Assembly (NCBI GenBank): GCA_030141605.1
Contig: JAQGDQ010000222.1
Coordinates: 248,001 to 312,000 of the forward strand
Length of the DNA: 64,000 bases
Direction of reading: 5' to 3'
Origin: Tubiluchus corallicola
Taxonomy: Eukaryota > Animalia > Priapulida
This document shows, piece after piece, positions 49,401 to 63,500 of the stretch; the stretch's first letter is position 1; every line of letters begins with the position of its first letter. A program made the translations under genes and the position numbers. The notes beneath the pieces were generated by a model. That model did no database searches and was not told the DNA's origin. It saw only the letters and a program-made list of their open reading frames with translations.

Positions 49401-52400
49401 TGCTAGAATATAATTTGAAGAACTAAACTTTGATATGCAACTAATTAAAAACATCAATAGTAAACTAAGGGTACAAAAATTCAGTTCAGAGCAACTTACC
49501 ACCAATCTTGTAGACCTCTAAAGTCTTGTCTTCGTCTTCAATACTCAAGATGTCCTTCCAAGCTTCTTTATGTTTGTTCATCCTATATATGGACAATAAT
49601 AAGATTTACGTATTCTATAAATGGATACAATGAGTAGGTGGCGGTGTGCGTGCCTGTGCGTGTGAACGTTAAAAAGTGCACAGTGCTTGCTCTTGCTGTA
49701 ATTACTTATATAATGATCTAAGAGTACGATTTAATGCTAATACAAACAATTGTGATGACTGAAGGTACTGGAAATTTTACAAGCACGGCAAAGATGAAAA
49801 GTGTGGCGATGTCTTGAATTCATATTTTTATTGACCTTTTAATTCAAATTTATAGCACTATTAAAATCAACATTCTAATTTCATACACCAAGGCCCCATT
49901 CTTGGAATTAAATAAATAAAGTTCATTGACTGACTTGTGACACAGCGCAGCTCGGTCAATCCAGTATTGTGGAACTGATTTGTCAAACTCCACAGCAAAC
50001 GTAAAGCTTTCTAGTGCCAATTCCATTCTACAGTTTTCCAGATGAACCTTTCCCAGGTCGTAGGCTCTCTTTGCTTCTGCTTTGTCAGACACCTGTAACC
50101 AGAAGAAGGAAAGTTCCTTAATAAATAATAACGGAATAGATCAAAGTGGGTTCATGGAGACACAAGTCAATGATCAGAAAATTTATAAAAAAAGCTCATG
50201 GTTTGGAAGGAATCGATCTATAGTTTAACGTATGGGCGAATGCCACAGAATAATTAAACGGAAACAAATTTTACGCAAAACCTATTTTTTTCGGAGCGAT
50301 GATTCTTTATTTTGAAACAAACTCCATAATTTCACAGTGAAACTTCTACTTTAATTCGAACAATGTTATTTTGACATTAAGCCTTTTTGTTTCGTGTTTG
50401 CAAGCCCATTTTTTAACTACAACCAGTTTTCAGATAAAATTAAGACCTGTAGTTTAATATTTTTGAATATGAACATAGTTTGAACGTAGTTTTGAACACA
50501 ATGTTGAAGAGTTAGAAGGGCATTGTTTAAGGTAGAGCTCACAATCTGAAGTATAAGCCCCTTGCTTTAAATTAAACCAAGCTTGTAATAGATGAGACTA
50601 CAAATCTTAAACTATGATAGCTACAGTTTTGAAGTAAAACATGTTGTGTTGAGGATCATTACATGATAGGGAAACAGAAATGTCTCTACAGAAAGCTACT
50701 TGGTATTAAATGGCCTGACAAAACAGGGAATGATGATTTGTAGTGAACAAATCCAAATAAGAAGAGTTAGAAGATTACACTGAATTAGACATGCATTAAG
50801 ATTGCCCCGCGAATCTCCTTTTGTTATGGTATTATAAATCTCTTGGACCAACAGAAAAGCCCAGAAGACGCCAACTACTGACCAGCAAAAGTATTTAAAA
50901 ACGCAACTCTAAATTTGAGGGACTGTACATCGTGGACTGCAGCTGCGGATTAGGGATGCGGTGGCAGTGCTGTGTTTTAGAACGTACGAAGCTAATTCAA
51001 CGAAGACAATTCTTTTGATAATAACTTTTAGATAAATATTATTGCTTATTATTAAGATAAAGGTTAATACAGTATGTAAGTATGATTTGCCTTAAATATT
51101 AGTTATTGTGCTTAATTGCGCTAACTCATAAAATTACTTGTTCAAATACGCTTTATTTTCCTGACATTAAACCAAGATTCACTGCATCTGTTGCCGTTTA
51201 TTAGACCTCATTCTGTTTTTAAAATAAAACTGAAATGATCTCAAAACAAAGTTCCAGCAACTGCCGCCCGGTTTAAAAACAAAACACTTGCTCGATTTAA
51301 TTAAACGTTTTTTATTATCTTTGTCTCGAATTTCGTGAAATTTTCAAAGCAAACAAACTCTTGATCCTATCATAACTTTCAATTTGTATTTTTATGTATT
51401 GTAATCAATGCCAGCCCAGTGTAGGCTCGCTTATTGCGTATTTTATTCGAATAGTATATTTTGACAGGGTTTCATTTCATTATGGAGTTTATGCCTACAG
51501 GCTTAACTTGCTTTTAATTAAATATTATTAGGTTATGCTAACTTTAAAAAGCAGTGCGCCATATTTCGTTTAAAAAATACGGATATTGTGATAAGCATTT
51601 CCAGTTTAGCTACCTACAGTTTCACTGTAGTTTTCACTTGCTCAAGTGGGTAATTTTCAAATCACCATAAAATAAGGGAGTGGTGCAAGTAATTAGCTGA
51701 AAATTAGATTATAAGGTGTTCATAAGTCACGCAATAATTTTATTTCTTTGCAACTAATCGATTGGCTTACTCAGTAATTGAGATTTTTTGAATTTATATT
51801 TGAAGTTTTATGCCGTTTCTTTCTGCTACCATTTTTACTCTAAAGCAGTGATTTAAATATCGCTGTATGATTATATAAAAGAACGTGGTATATAGGTATA
51901 AATTAAATTCGTTGTAGTAGACAATAGATTTATGGAGCCAGGTTTTTGACGCCACTAAAATTGTCATGGATCGGAAACTCAGCAACTAAATTGTCATATA
52001 TAGTTACTGTTGTAATTGCTATTAATTTTTAAGAATTCTCTTCCAGAGAAAACCAAAGGGAGGGTGTATTAGCATGCTAACGTGAAGAAGACACTTTAGC
52101 CACTTCAATGTCGCATCTTAGAGGATTAGAGAACTATCATTGATAAAACGTATATTTGCTTGTGAATTTTGTTTGTTGTTTTTGCTTAACGCAGATTGAA
52201 AGTTTTAATCGAATTCATAATATTTTTTTAGGTTGACATTGTAACAGCTGACGAAGCTGTCTGGTATATCAAAAGGGTTACTGTTTAAAAAAACATACTT
52301 TAAACTTTGTTATAAATGTGTATTTCGCAAAGACAGGCACTGTCATTACCTTTTTTCCGCTATGGGCCTATACAAGTAGCTGATAATTCAAGGGATACCT

Positions 52401-53742
52401 CATATACCCAAGGGAAATTTAGGCTCAAAATTAATCAAAAACTAATTAGTTAGATTAACACTGGACAGCTATAAGTCATAAACTTTCGAATGCTAGTGTA
52501 GCGGTTAAGGCGTTTGCTTGAAAGTAGAATGGCCGTGGTTCAAATCAAGATTGCGTTCCAACTTTTCCACATTTACAAAGCTTAATTATATACTACAGTA
52601 ATTTTTAATCTTGATAACAACTAAAAGTAACTTCGACAACAAGATTAATTAATAAATAATTCATAAGCTCATTAGATGGAATTAACGTATTACTCAATGG
52701 TTAATACCTACATCACAGAATGCAGTTAACAGTTATTAAGTTTTGAAACTAAACTTGATGAAAGGAAAAGTAAAAACTATGTCAAATGCTGAGCTATTGT
52801 GGTTGAATTAAGACCTGTCGTGATTACAAAAAGAACTATAGTCTAGTGGTCCTTGCACTAGATTTGGAGTCCAAAGGTACCTACTTCAAATCCTGGTTTA
52901 ATGCTAATGGTTACGACTTTTCATATTGAAAAAATCTATAGATTAGCTACAATATTCAGGATCAAATAATTTTTATAAATAACTGCGTTGGCAGAATCTT
53001 TACAAAATAGTTTTGAGACTGTTGCATTGTAAACATATCAATTTTATATCATATCAAGTTATCATATCAAGTAAACTAGTCAAATTCCTGGTAGGCCTCT
53101 AGGTGTTTTGTGAAAATCAAAACAGTTTTCTTGTTGTTGAATGAATGCTGGATAACATTCTGTTAGATCAAGGCAAATAATTTACTGTTCAAAATTTGAA
53201 AAAGGACTGTGATTTGCATAAGTAAATACGTTTTGCATCAGTCATTTGCAGCAATATTACAGTAATGGCAGGTCTGTGTAGGTAATTTCCTCTACATTAA
53301 TTTGCATTTGTATTTCTGGAGTTCACAATGTAATTCTTACTGTAAAATATACTTTTTTCCAAATACATCTTAACTAATTGTAGGTCCCTAATTAAGGCTT
53401 TCGTATGCTGAAACGCACCAGGTCATCAAATAGGCCTAAATGTTCTTGATGAATTTTAAGTTGCAATTGCCTTAGTGTTACAAAAAAGTATTTTGTATCC
53501 GTTTACCAATACAATCTACTTTATCTCTGTCCCGTGCTATCCACGGGTGTCATGCTATCCTAATTTACCGGAAGTTGGGATATGCTGGAGGAAATCATCA
53601 GTCCCTGGCGCCGGAGAAAGTTCTCCTCATCCTTACACTTGTCGTCATCCTCGGGATAAGGTTTATTGTCGTAGCATTTTAGTAGGGCGAGAGCAGACTT
53701 CTTTCCGTACTGGCCGGTGTTCTCTTTATCCATACTACCCAT
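43497..53742 (-). CDS. SMYD-like SET/MYND methyltransferase with N-terminal TPRs and a second C-terminal MYND finger (~706 aa)
   Basis: Exons (minus strand) 53742-53569, 50092-49935, 49582-49500, 46175-46012, 45640-45449, 45317-45172, 45033-44911, 44577-43497 = 2121 nt in frame. GKGVYAERKIQPGE, split MYND (CAQC..CLHC..YCSREC..H..C), LNHSC, GEEVCTVY, post-SET CECQRC, second MYND (CCQC..CGKC..YCSPQC..HW..H..C). The 5' exons and exon 45449-45640 are less certain. Confidence 0.8.
52494..52575 (+). mobile_element. Degenerate tRNA-derived SINE head
   Basis: tagtgtagcggttaaggcg (A box) ... ggttcaaatc (B box) ... caacttttc, same layout as 33322-33430. Confidence 0.45.
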
Positions 53743-54611
53743 TGTTAGTATCCAAACTCTAGGCCTACAGAATCTGCAAATTTTAATAAAAATGATTAAA
53801 GTAGAGAAAATACTGAAAATGGTTTACTTGTTAGAGGATTTGCTTTCGGACTGAAAAGAGTTCTAACGTTTATTTTTATAGAAAATTTGAGAGATGAATG
53901 CGACCAGCTTACTCCAGATGGCCAAGTCAAAAGAGAATAAAGACCATTTTAGCTAGATACTGTTTACACAAATTTCTGCTTATGGCTTGACAACCCTAGA
54001 TTTATTATATATGTCACGGGACACAGTTACACAGATTAGGTTGTTGATTTATGTTTCAGAAATTTTAACGCAATGCGAACTAACCCTTTGTGACTGCAAA
54101 ATACGGGACACAGCTTACGCTTTGTCTACGTTAATTGTGTTCACTTTCAAGATTTTGACCTAGTGCACATGTACATGGATCGAAATTACAGTTTGAAAAA
54201 GAAAAGCTTAAACCTTTGACTTTGGCTATTGGCTTTGTCTCAAGAAGTAAACTTAAAATTAACACAAATAGGCTTAAACTTAATTAAGCGTATAACACTC
54301 AATTATTTTTACTAAGCTTTTTTCGTGTCATTTATGGAAGCACAACTCTCTCAATGAATTATATCAGTAGTCAGTACCTAAAAAATACCTTGACCTGTTT
54401 TACAGTGTAAGGTTTCTCAGTGCAACGCTTACCGTTCTGACCTTTGCAATAGTTTGAAAAATAAGCTATCATTGAATTTTTTCATTTATAAAATTCACAA
54501 TCCAATTACATGTAAATTAAATCAAGCTCAACGTGAGCTATGCATATACTTCTATTAAGCTAATTCTAATTAACGACTTGAACTTTCAAATATTGCTTTT
54601 AACATACTCAC

Positions 54612-54992
54612 CACGTCTCAAATTCTGTCGTTGAATTCACGTGCCGGAAGACTGTGCACTCTTCTGGGTTGAGGATGAAGCATGGCCGATAGCATGGGTT
54701 GTATTTATTCCCAAATCTTAGTGGAACGGCTCGCGCTAAGGGGTGAAGATGTACAAAGACAAGGGCAAGTGCATACATCTAGCGGTTGAAGGCGCAAAAA
54801 ATGAACATCAGCAGCTTGAAAGGCATCAACATGATGGCAAATTTCAATAATTAGTAATTTAGTTACATAACTAAGCTTCTTTATTAAAACGACAAAAGTG
54901 AAGCCAAACAACAACCCTGTAAGCAAATGTTGAATGGCTTGCTCCGTCTCATAGAGCGCGGCTGCAGCAGCGTGCTTTTTCTACTATTTATA
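54612..54992 (-). promoter_or_regulatory. Putative TATA box and non-coding first exon of the SMYD-like gene
   Basis: TATAAAT on the minus strand at 54992-54986; strong donor GTG|gtgagt after 54612; candidate acceptors near 53764-53773 just upstream of ATG 53742. Confidence 0.4.
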
Positions 54993-55317
54993 GAATGGTG
55001 TATACGTGATATGGATATCTTCCCAGATGAGGGAAATTTGTTTTAAGTTGTAAGAGGCTTTTCTAGCGCTAGCAAAGGTTAACACGTGCACATAATTGCT
55101 GGGGCACCTAACATTTGACAAGTGAAACTGTTCAAGGTGTACTGTCACTGCAAAACTCAGAATACCTTGAATGTTGTTATCGATGTACCAAATCCAAGTA
55201 AGAACTGCTTAAGCGACTCCGGGGGTTTCTTTTTCTTTATTGTTCACTTACACGGTTTTGGCGCTTCTTATTGGTTTAGAATAACGATGATCACGGCGGT
55301 GATGATGAATTGGTGAT

Positions 55318-55504
55318 GATGACGGTGATAATTGGTACGACACAGACGTTGATGACGACGACGAAGATGACTAGACCTACGTTATAACAAAATTAAGGAC
55401 ACGATGGTGATATGAAGTTGATGACGGGGATGATTAGTACGACAGAGACGCTGATGACAACGACGAAGATGACTAGACCTGCATCATACCAAAATTAAGG
55501 ACAT
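55318..55504. repeat. Two-copy tandem repeat (~102-bp period), GAT/GAC-rich
   Basis: gatgacgg.gat.att.gtacgaca.agacg.tgatgac.acgacgaagatgactagacct...aaaattaaggaca occurs twice. Confidence 0.85.
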
Positions 55505-57536
55505 GAACTTTGTAGCACTGAAACTGGGTTCAATAAACTAAGCAGGCTGAGATGGAGAGATAGTATTTTAACCGGTAAGCTGACCGTGAGATTTTGACCG
55601 TAAACGAACAAAAAATCTGTTTCTATAACCACTGAAAAAAAATAATGTATTTTATTTGACAAAAAGATAAATAATGTTATACATGTATAGATCGGCATAT
55701 AAATTACACAAAATCGAAAAAGTTTTCCACCAACAAACTGCAAAATAACTTATCATCCCATATCCCAAATATTAAACATTCAAAAAGCCTTATTGGCAGA
55801 TACCAATATGTAAAACACCTGCAGATAACCCACTTAAGGGAAAACCCTGCTTAGAGCCTTCCTTCCTCCACCAAATTTTTCACAAACAGTACGACTATTT
55901 AGCGGTAACTTACAAGCATTATTAAAACAAATGAAATTCTATCAAGTGCCGACTCGTTGTTTTCTCGGCACTTCCAAGCCTATACTGTTGCATCAACAAG
56001 TCGTGCTTACCTTTTTACTTATCCGCACGAAGAAAGTTATTAGTATCAGGAAAAAGAAGTGTGAGATTCCTTGTACAGTGTACAATTCAAACTTAATAAC
56101 AGTCATTAAAGTACATTAAACATACCGGTCCATAGAACAGCCTGGTATAGTCTTTTATCAAATGTTTTAGTAAAATTTCAATAAGCAAAGAAATAACCCC
56201 ACATGTATAACAAAAAAACAAAATTAACAAAACAATTAACATACAAAAACAATACGTTTACAATTGATGTATAAAATGAATATTATTAGTAATATGCAAC
56301 ATCATTAAAACAATTAATGAAACACTATTTGCAGTAATTAAAAAATCCTAAATTATATTGAATACAAGCCTACCAGCCAAAATTACCTAAATGATCTATT
56401 GTATAATGAGCCTTAGAGGGCGAGTAGGTATTTAATGTCGTTTAGGTTGTTCTTAAATGAATGTAATCAATTTGGAGTTTCAGCAACCTATCTACAAGGA
56501 AGCCATTTTCTGTCTAACCGTTCTATCAAGTAAAGAGGTAGCCGTAATAACAGAATTTAGCTACATTCGTACTTTATCTGTTGAGTTGATACTTGAGCAA
56601 AAGCAGCAACGTTATTGTACTGAGACAGTCCTGACTTTTTCTGCTTTGATAATATTTAAATGAAATTAATAAAATATATAGCAAAACATTGCAGAATTTC
56701 TGGTTTTTACGAAATCCTATTTTAATTCCATGGAGGTCAAGCAAGCAAACGGGTTGCTATAAAACATTCTGAACATATGTTTTTTTAATGGTAAATGTTA
56801 CTAAAAAACAAAATTTAGAATGTTTCCTGGTTTGACATGCGCTTAAGACATGGTTTTGTATAAAAAATGATTTTAATATGCATACACATTTGGCCATAAA
56901 AAAGTTGGTTTGAGTGTATTTTCGCCAGAATTTTTGTCGTTATATTTTACAGTAATTATTTACTCATAAACACAATTAAATTTTAATTTATGCAGTCTGG
57001 AAGCCAAAAGCATTTTACTTGATCAAGGAGGTAAATTAATTTTAGATCTGTTCCTTTACTCAAATAAGGGAGGTGAATGGCCCTAGGGGTCGCTAATGCA
57101 AGGCTCACATAAAAATTACAGTATCATTTTAACAGTCTTCCCATCAGGAGCATTTGAACTACTTTTTAGAGCTTAGCAATTTATTAACAAATTATAGTTT
57201 GCTCGTAACTTGCGAGTTACATAAGTTTAAAAGATCAGTACAGCAGCCATTAAAAGACTCTGTAATTAAAGAAGCTTGCCGGTAATTCTCTTGTATGCCA
57301 CTTTGTTTTTAAAATAAACGGCGTCGAATTGTTTAGCATAATATAATCGATAGGCCCATAGCAGTAATTTAATATCGTTTGTCTTTGCCTTTTTACTCTA
57401 GTTACCCTAGAGGTTTACGAAACTTTTATCACCATCAGACGAATTTTTATTAAACCAATAGCATTTAATAACTTTAGGAGAGTCTTTTTTGTCCAACAGA
57501 TGTCACTGTGTGACTGAATTTTTCCTTGCGACTATC

Positions 57537-60500
57537 CTATATTGTATCACAGTTAATCCTAGTTGTTTCACTTGCTTCCTGTCTTCTCAAAGCTGCTCTC
57601 AGTTTCGATAATTCCTGAGTTAGCCCGCTTATCTGTTGGGTCAGGTGATTTTCTCTGTCCATAAACTCTTTAATATCTCTCTGCCATGCCTGAAATTTGA
57701 TATCATCTTTATTGATAAAATAATTAAAACACAAATAAAAATATTTATTATTAATCAGTATGCTAGTTCAATATACCATGACAACAAATGGATCAAATGA
57801 AGCGGTGGTTGTGAAATTATACATATATATTTAAAGATGCATGAAATTGCATAATTCACGTATATACAATGTTGTAAATCATATTGCTGGGGAAGTTAAT
57901 AATTATCTACTGAAACTTCTTTAATATGAAATCTGATCATCCTTGTGCTAATTTCATTGCCCTTAAAGGAAGACAAAATGATTTTTCATATACTATACCA
58001 ATTTCAAGTCCGATAAAAAGTTTATATTTTAACACAATTAATACTGCAAAAGCGCTTCTGATAATTAAATAATAGATTAAAAACGGCGGACGATCTCACT
58101 ACTGATGACATCACAAACGAACATAATTTTTAGCATCAAAAATATTCCACGAGCGTGTTGCACGTGTTTGCGAAAGCGAAAACTGAAGTACAGTGCTATT
58201 GTAAGATATTCAGTGTATTGTACTAAAACTAGACAAGTTTTAAGATAAAAATTCATATTTCAAATTGACCGCTGTGCACATGCATGAGCTGTCGAACGCG
58301 TGTAGCTCATAACAAACTAACACATCTGAACTGAAAGCTACAGCACCTGTTTTTTGTGCAATGCGTTTCCGAAATGCAGGCACTAGTACCCGTCTGACTA
58401 GAGAATGGCAAAATCCATATAACAGCGAAAAACTAGTGGCGCGCACGTGAAATTGTGTTTGTCTGGTAATAATTTTTTCACATAAGTCATTTTTCCATTA
58501 TTTTAAAGAGCAGATTGTTTTAATCTACCGGTTTTGCTTTAAGTTTATTAACATGGTTTTTGTAGCAATTATACTTACAGCATTTTGTTTAATAAGGTCT
58601 ACTTTTTCATTTTTCAGTCTGTTCACTTCTTCTTGTACGACATCTAATTGTCTCTCTAACTTGTTGCTTTCATTGCAATACACTGGTCTGGTTAATTCCA
58701 CAGATGCCATACTCTCCTAAAAACATCTCTTCTTTAAAAACCTTACCGAATACCATTCAAAGTTGCCTCTGTTAATTTAAATAGTTATCAATTTCTGTCA
58801 TTACAGGAAGCAACAATTATATTAAGCTTATAGACGTCTTCGAAAAATACCTAAAAATGGCCCGTTAAGTAAAACACATTTAAGTAGATGGCAATACAAA
58901 CTCATTAATTCAATAAAATTCTAAATTTCCATTTCCATAACTCGCCAAAAAAGTAGATGATCTTCTGCCTTTGGATAACTAATACGATCACACGATCCCA
59001 ACCAATCACTTGCAAATTTTTAGATTTAATCTAGATGACAGAAAAACAAACATGATATGTTGCTTGTTAACATATATGAAAGAAAAACTTAAAAGAGGGG
59101 GAAGCAACAAAAAATCAATGAATTGTTAAGCTATTCTAAAAGAGGAATTTAAGGGACATGTTTTTATGTCATTGTTACAACTCATACTAAGAAAAAAGTC
59201 ACATTCGCTACTCATTCTCGAAAAACGTTTTTTTTCTATTTTTACGAGATTTCTCTAGTTGAAAAGTGAATACCAGCACCAACACGTAGAGAGATAACAT
59301 CGTTTAGTTGCCAGACGTTTCACAAAAGCAAACATGGTTTGATGCATGTATAAGTACAAAATTATAGTAACTTAAGTAACATTAGTAGTGACAACAAAAA
59401 TCATAACAAAAGTATATTAATTCTTTTGTAGCCACAATTAATGTCACTTAAGCTTTTGTAATTTTGTACTTATACATGCATGCTTCAAACATTGCTCCTA
59501 TGAATATGGCATTAGTATGAATGTTAAAACGTTAGGCAAATAAAAATAAAATCTCTCTACATGTGGGAGCTGAGCTGGCATTTGCTTTTCTAGTAAAGAT
59601 TCGTTTCCTCAATCGCAAATCTTTTCTCTAGTTCTGCCTAACAGCCATTACTGACTATCACCAATATCCTTGGAAATGTGAAATCGGAAAGTTGAATTAT
59701 TCCCTGCTCATATTTCAAGTACATCTCTCACTTATATTTATATATTGACCGGCAATTGTTAAATGTTGCTTTTCTCCTTTAAATTTTACTAGTTGAAATG
59801 ACTAGACTGACTTGAACTGACTACAAGTATTACATACCAGTCCAGTATCAGAGTCTTCTTGGTGATTCCCACTATAATCATCTTCTGATGTAATACTGCT
59901 TGTGGAATTGGACCTTGTCCTGTTTCGACTCCTGGCTTTTGTGCCTGTCATGTCTGGGCTGGACAAAGGGGTAGACTGTACGCTGTCTTCGCCGAGGATA
60001 CGTGCATTTAGCTGTTTTTGTCTGTCCTTCTTCAAAAAGTACTTGAAGAGAAATAAAATACAACTTAAGAAGGTAGCAATTCAAACTCATTAAAATTCTA
60101 TCGATTTTCCTAACAGTTCTATGTTAAAAGCTCATTATTTTTGTGCTGTCAGTCATTTGACTTTATGCACATTGTGGCAACCAAGATTGTCTTTCTGTTG
60201 ATATTTTCGATTGAGTTCTTGAAAGACCTCTGCCTTTGATTTCTATTATGATCCAGGGTCATCACTTTATCTCTTTTTATTTTCTCTGTTTTTTAGTCAT
60301 TTTATTCTTGTTAACTATTCACATTTGAATCACGAACTTTGAGTATAATTATTTATTGTAAAGAAAATAAGAAAACTTTTTTGTTTATAAATTAAACTAC
60401 CAATCCGATAGCAGTAATCCTAAAAGTTTTCAAATCAACTTTCATACCGAATATTCAGTAAGTGGAGAAGAAGCTCCACTGTAGGTTTCTGGAGAAAGTG

Positions 60501-63500
60501 TTAATGACTTTCTGACAGACTTGTCACTTGACTGTCCTCTGCTTTTGCTACCACTGACTGCCTTACGCAAAGTGTCAAATAAAGACGTCCTTTCCGGATC
60601 TGGGCTTTGACCACCATTGTCCATGGCAATGGAAAACAGACCTTCTGTTTTGGACTTGAGGTCTTCATATAATGCTTCCAGGAGGCATGAACGTGTTCTA
60701 GCCTAAAACATTTGTCTTAATAAATTTAAAGTGTTACACAGTGCTTAAAATGATATATGTGATCTAGATATGTGATAATAAGCAGCTGATAAAACAAATT
60801 ATCTTGCTTTTAGCAACATACACAGCATTTGTTTGTTTTCTGTTTGTTTGATTTGTTTAGTTTTCTGTTTGTATGCTTGTATGTTTTTTTGCATGTGTGT
60901 CTGTTTGCTTATTTGTATGCGTGTATATATGTATGTTTGTATGTTTGTTTGTTTGTTTGCTTGTTTGTTTGTTTGTTTGTTTGTTTGTATATACTTACCT
61001 GTAATTTGGCAAATTTCTCTGCTTTGTAGCAAGCATTTTCTGCGTTGATCAGTTTGGTCAGCAAAAAATTTCGAAATTCTGTTCCTTTGTTAAATATAGC
61101 TGGGTGGGGCAACGTAGGCCCAAAGAATGAGACATCCTCTCTTGCTGCGACAGCCACCTACAGAATTCGATTAGATTTAGATTTAAATAATTAAGAGTTG
61201 TAGACTCAATTAGCACTAACAAATCTATAACAAGCTATAATTGCGTTATTCAGAAACCAGACCGTAAAAACAATGACGACATACGTTAGTAATTTATACC
61301 CAATGATATACACTTCTACGTTAATAACTGACCACGGAAGTTAACAATATAGTGTTATACACCAATTTTGAAACGATAATCAATTAAGAACTGACACGAT
61401 GTGTGGTTTTAGTTTGGGGCTCTACTTATAGATATTGTATTCCACTAATTACATACGACAAACTTAGAAATATAGACCGATTTGATAAACAATAGCCAAA
61501 AAACTATGCAAATGATAATAAAGAAACAGACGGTTTGTGACAAGCAATAATTTCAATATGAACTAACACATATGAACTGAAAGGTACAGCACCTGTTTTT
61601 GTGCAATGCGTTTCCGAAATGCAGGCACTAGTACCTGTCTAACTAGAGAATGGCGAAATGCACGTAAGAGCGAAGAACTAGTGGCGCGAACGAAGAAACG
61701 GATATATTGCTTAGCTGCTTCTCGAGATTGAAAAATAAGCCATTCGTTCGTTGTTTCCGTTAGATCTAATACCTCAGTAAAATTACGGCAGAAGTAACAC
61801 TTACTTTGTATTTTGTGTTTTCCGTGTTGGGATGGATTGGTTGTACAACAATAAATGCGTGTAGGAAGTGCGACGCAATCATATCCGGTATAAATGGAGT
61901 GTTTTCCTCTTGGAAAATTATCGCTACAATGTCATTTCCAATGTGTCTCTTTCGCTGCAACTATAGTATCAAATTGTGTTAGAATAAAATGATTCATACA
62001 TATGAATAAAGAGGTATTTGCAATTTAGTTTCAAAATTCTTTTCATGTGGATAGAAGTATATTCAACGAAGTATAATTGTCTATTAAATTAAATACCTAA
62101 AGTATAACCTGCCCCACTGTGTTCAACCAATTTACGGAAAAATGAAAAAATGTTAACTAACTCCTAAGTCGAATTATTTTAACACTGTCCTAAAAGCTAC
62201 TTGGTAAATGTCATTTAAAAAATGACAAACTATCAAGCACTTTAATTATATAATGTCCGCAGCATCTAAAATGAAGAATTGAATAATTCGGCGCTTTAGG
62301 CGTTTCACAGATTTACAGCGTGGTGAATTACGATACTTCTTTACAATGCCTGTTTATAAATATTTGGGAATTTGATAAAATGAGCGAAAATGAAGAAAAC
62401 AGAATCGCTCCAAATGCTCTGCAAAAATGAAGATTTATCTTTCGTGCAAACTGAGCGTTACAACTTTTTTGTCAGTTTTGACAAACTACAAGCTAAGCAG
62501 TAAATAACACGTTATCTGAGCTCCACAACGTTTTACTTAGTTAAATGTTTAAATATCAGGTAGAATGCTGGATGACTTGATCGGAACAATTTAGCGGAAA
62601 AATACCATTGAATGTCATTAATTTTTGTGCTCTTGCATTATTTTGAAGTCAGTGTTTTGGCATTATAAGATGAAACTATAAAACTGTTTCCGAAGAAGCA
62701 GTTGGAAACTCAGTTTTATTATGTGACCACTATGATTTGCAAGATTATCAAATTTGATTACATTGAATCGAAATGAAAACTGAACATTTCGCATCAAATC
62801 AATATAAATCAATTTGTTGTCATGTACAATTAATACAGATAAATAAAAATGAGGTTTTACCTGCTGACAATCGTTTTCATAATATGGCAACAATGTTGAG
62901 ACGTGAAACATTATTTCTCTCTTCTTGTATTTAATGTAGACCGACTCATCACCCGTCTGACCATGAACTGTATCCAGACCACCACGAAAACTGCAAAAGG
63001 TGACGACAAGTCAATGAAATAAAATTATTCCTATTTAAGCCCGGTCGTTAAGCCTTGGTGTTGACCTGCAACACTGTTGGGTCTGTCACTCACTGGGATG
63101 CAATCATGTTGCGGGAAATGCATACTGCTCAAGTAAAAGACACCGCCATCTTTGGCATGTATAAATGAAGCGCACTGATCCGCTCCAGCTATTCAACTTT
63201 TTTGGATTTTCCCTTTTTTTGAACTTTGATCTAGGTCGTTTCAGAACAGTAATTTAGTATCTCTCTTGTCCATTAAGAATGCACTCGCTTCAATATTCTT
63301 CAAGTCATCGAATTTTAAATGTTAAATAGACTATTGACCTGTGATCTTGACCTTTTATCCAAAAGATACTGTACAACTGATACAGTACAAACATTTAAGC
63401 TCTGCCGTTAGATATCTAATCTAAAAAAAATTGACCAAGCTGAATAAATAGTCACCATATTAAACGTTTTGTTTATTCAACCAATGTCACAGACTGTCCA

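Noticed and set aside
49212-49505. ORF or exon METRNGISVVANLQ|gtattt in the SMYD-like intron
   Set aside because: Flanking exons 49500 and 46175 already join in phase and the donor is weak; it cannot be supported without transcripts.
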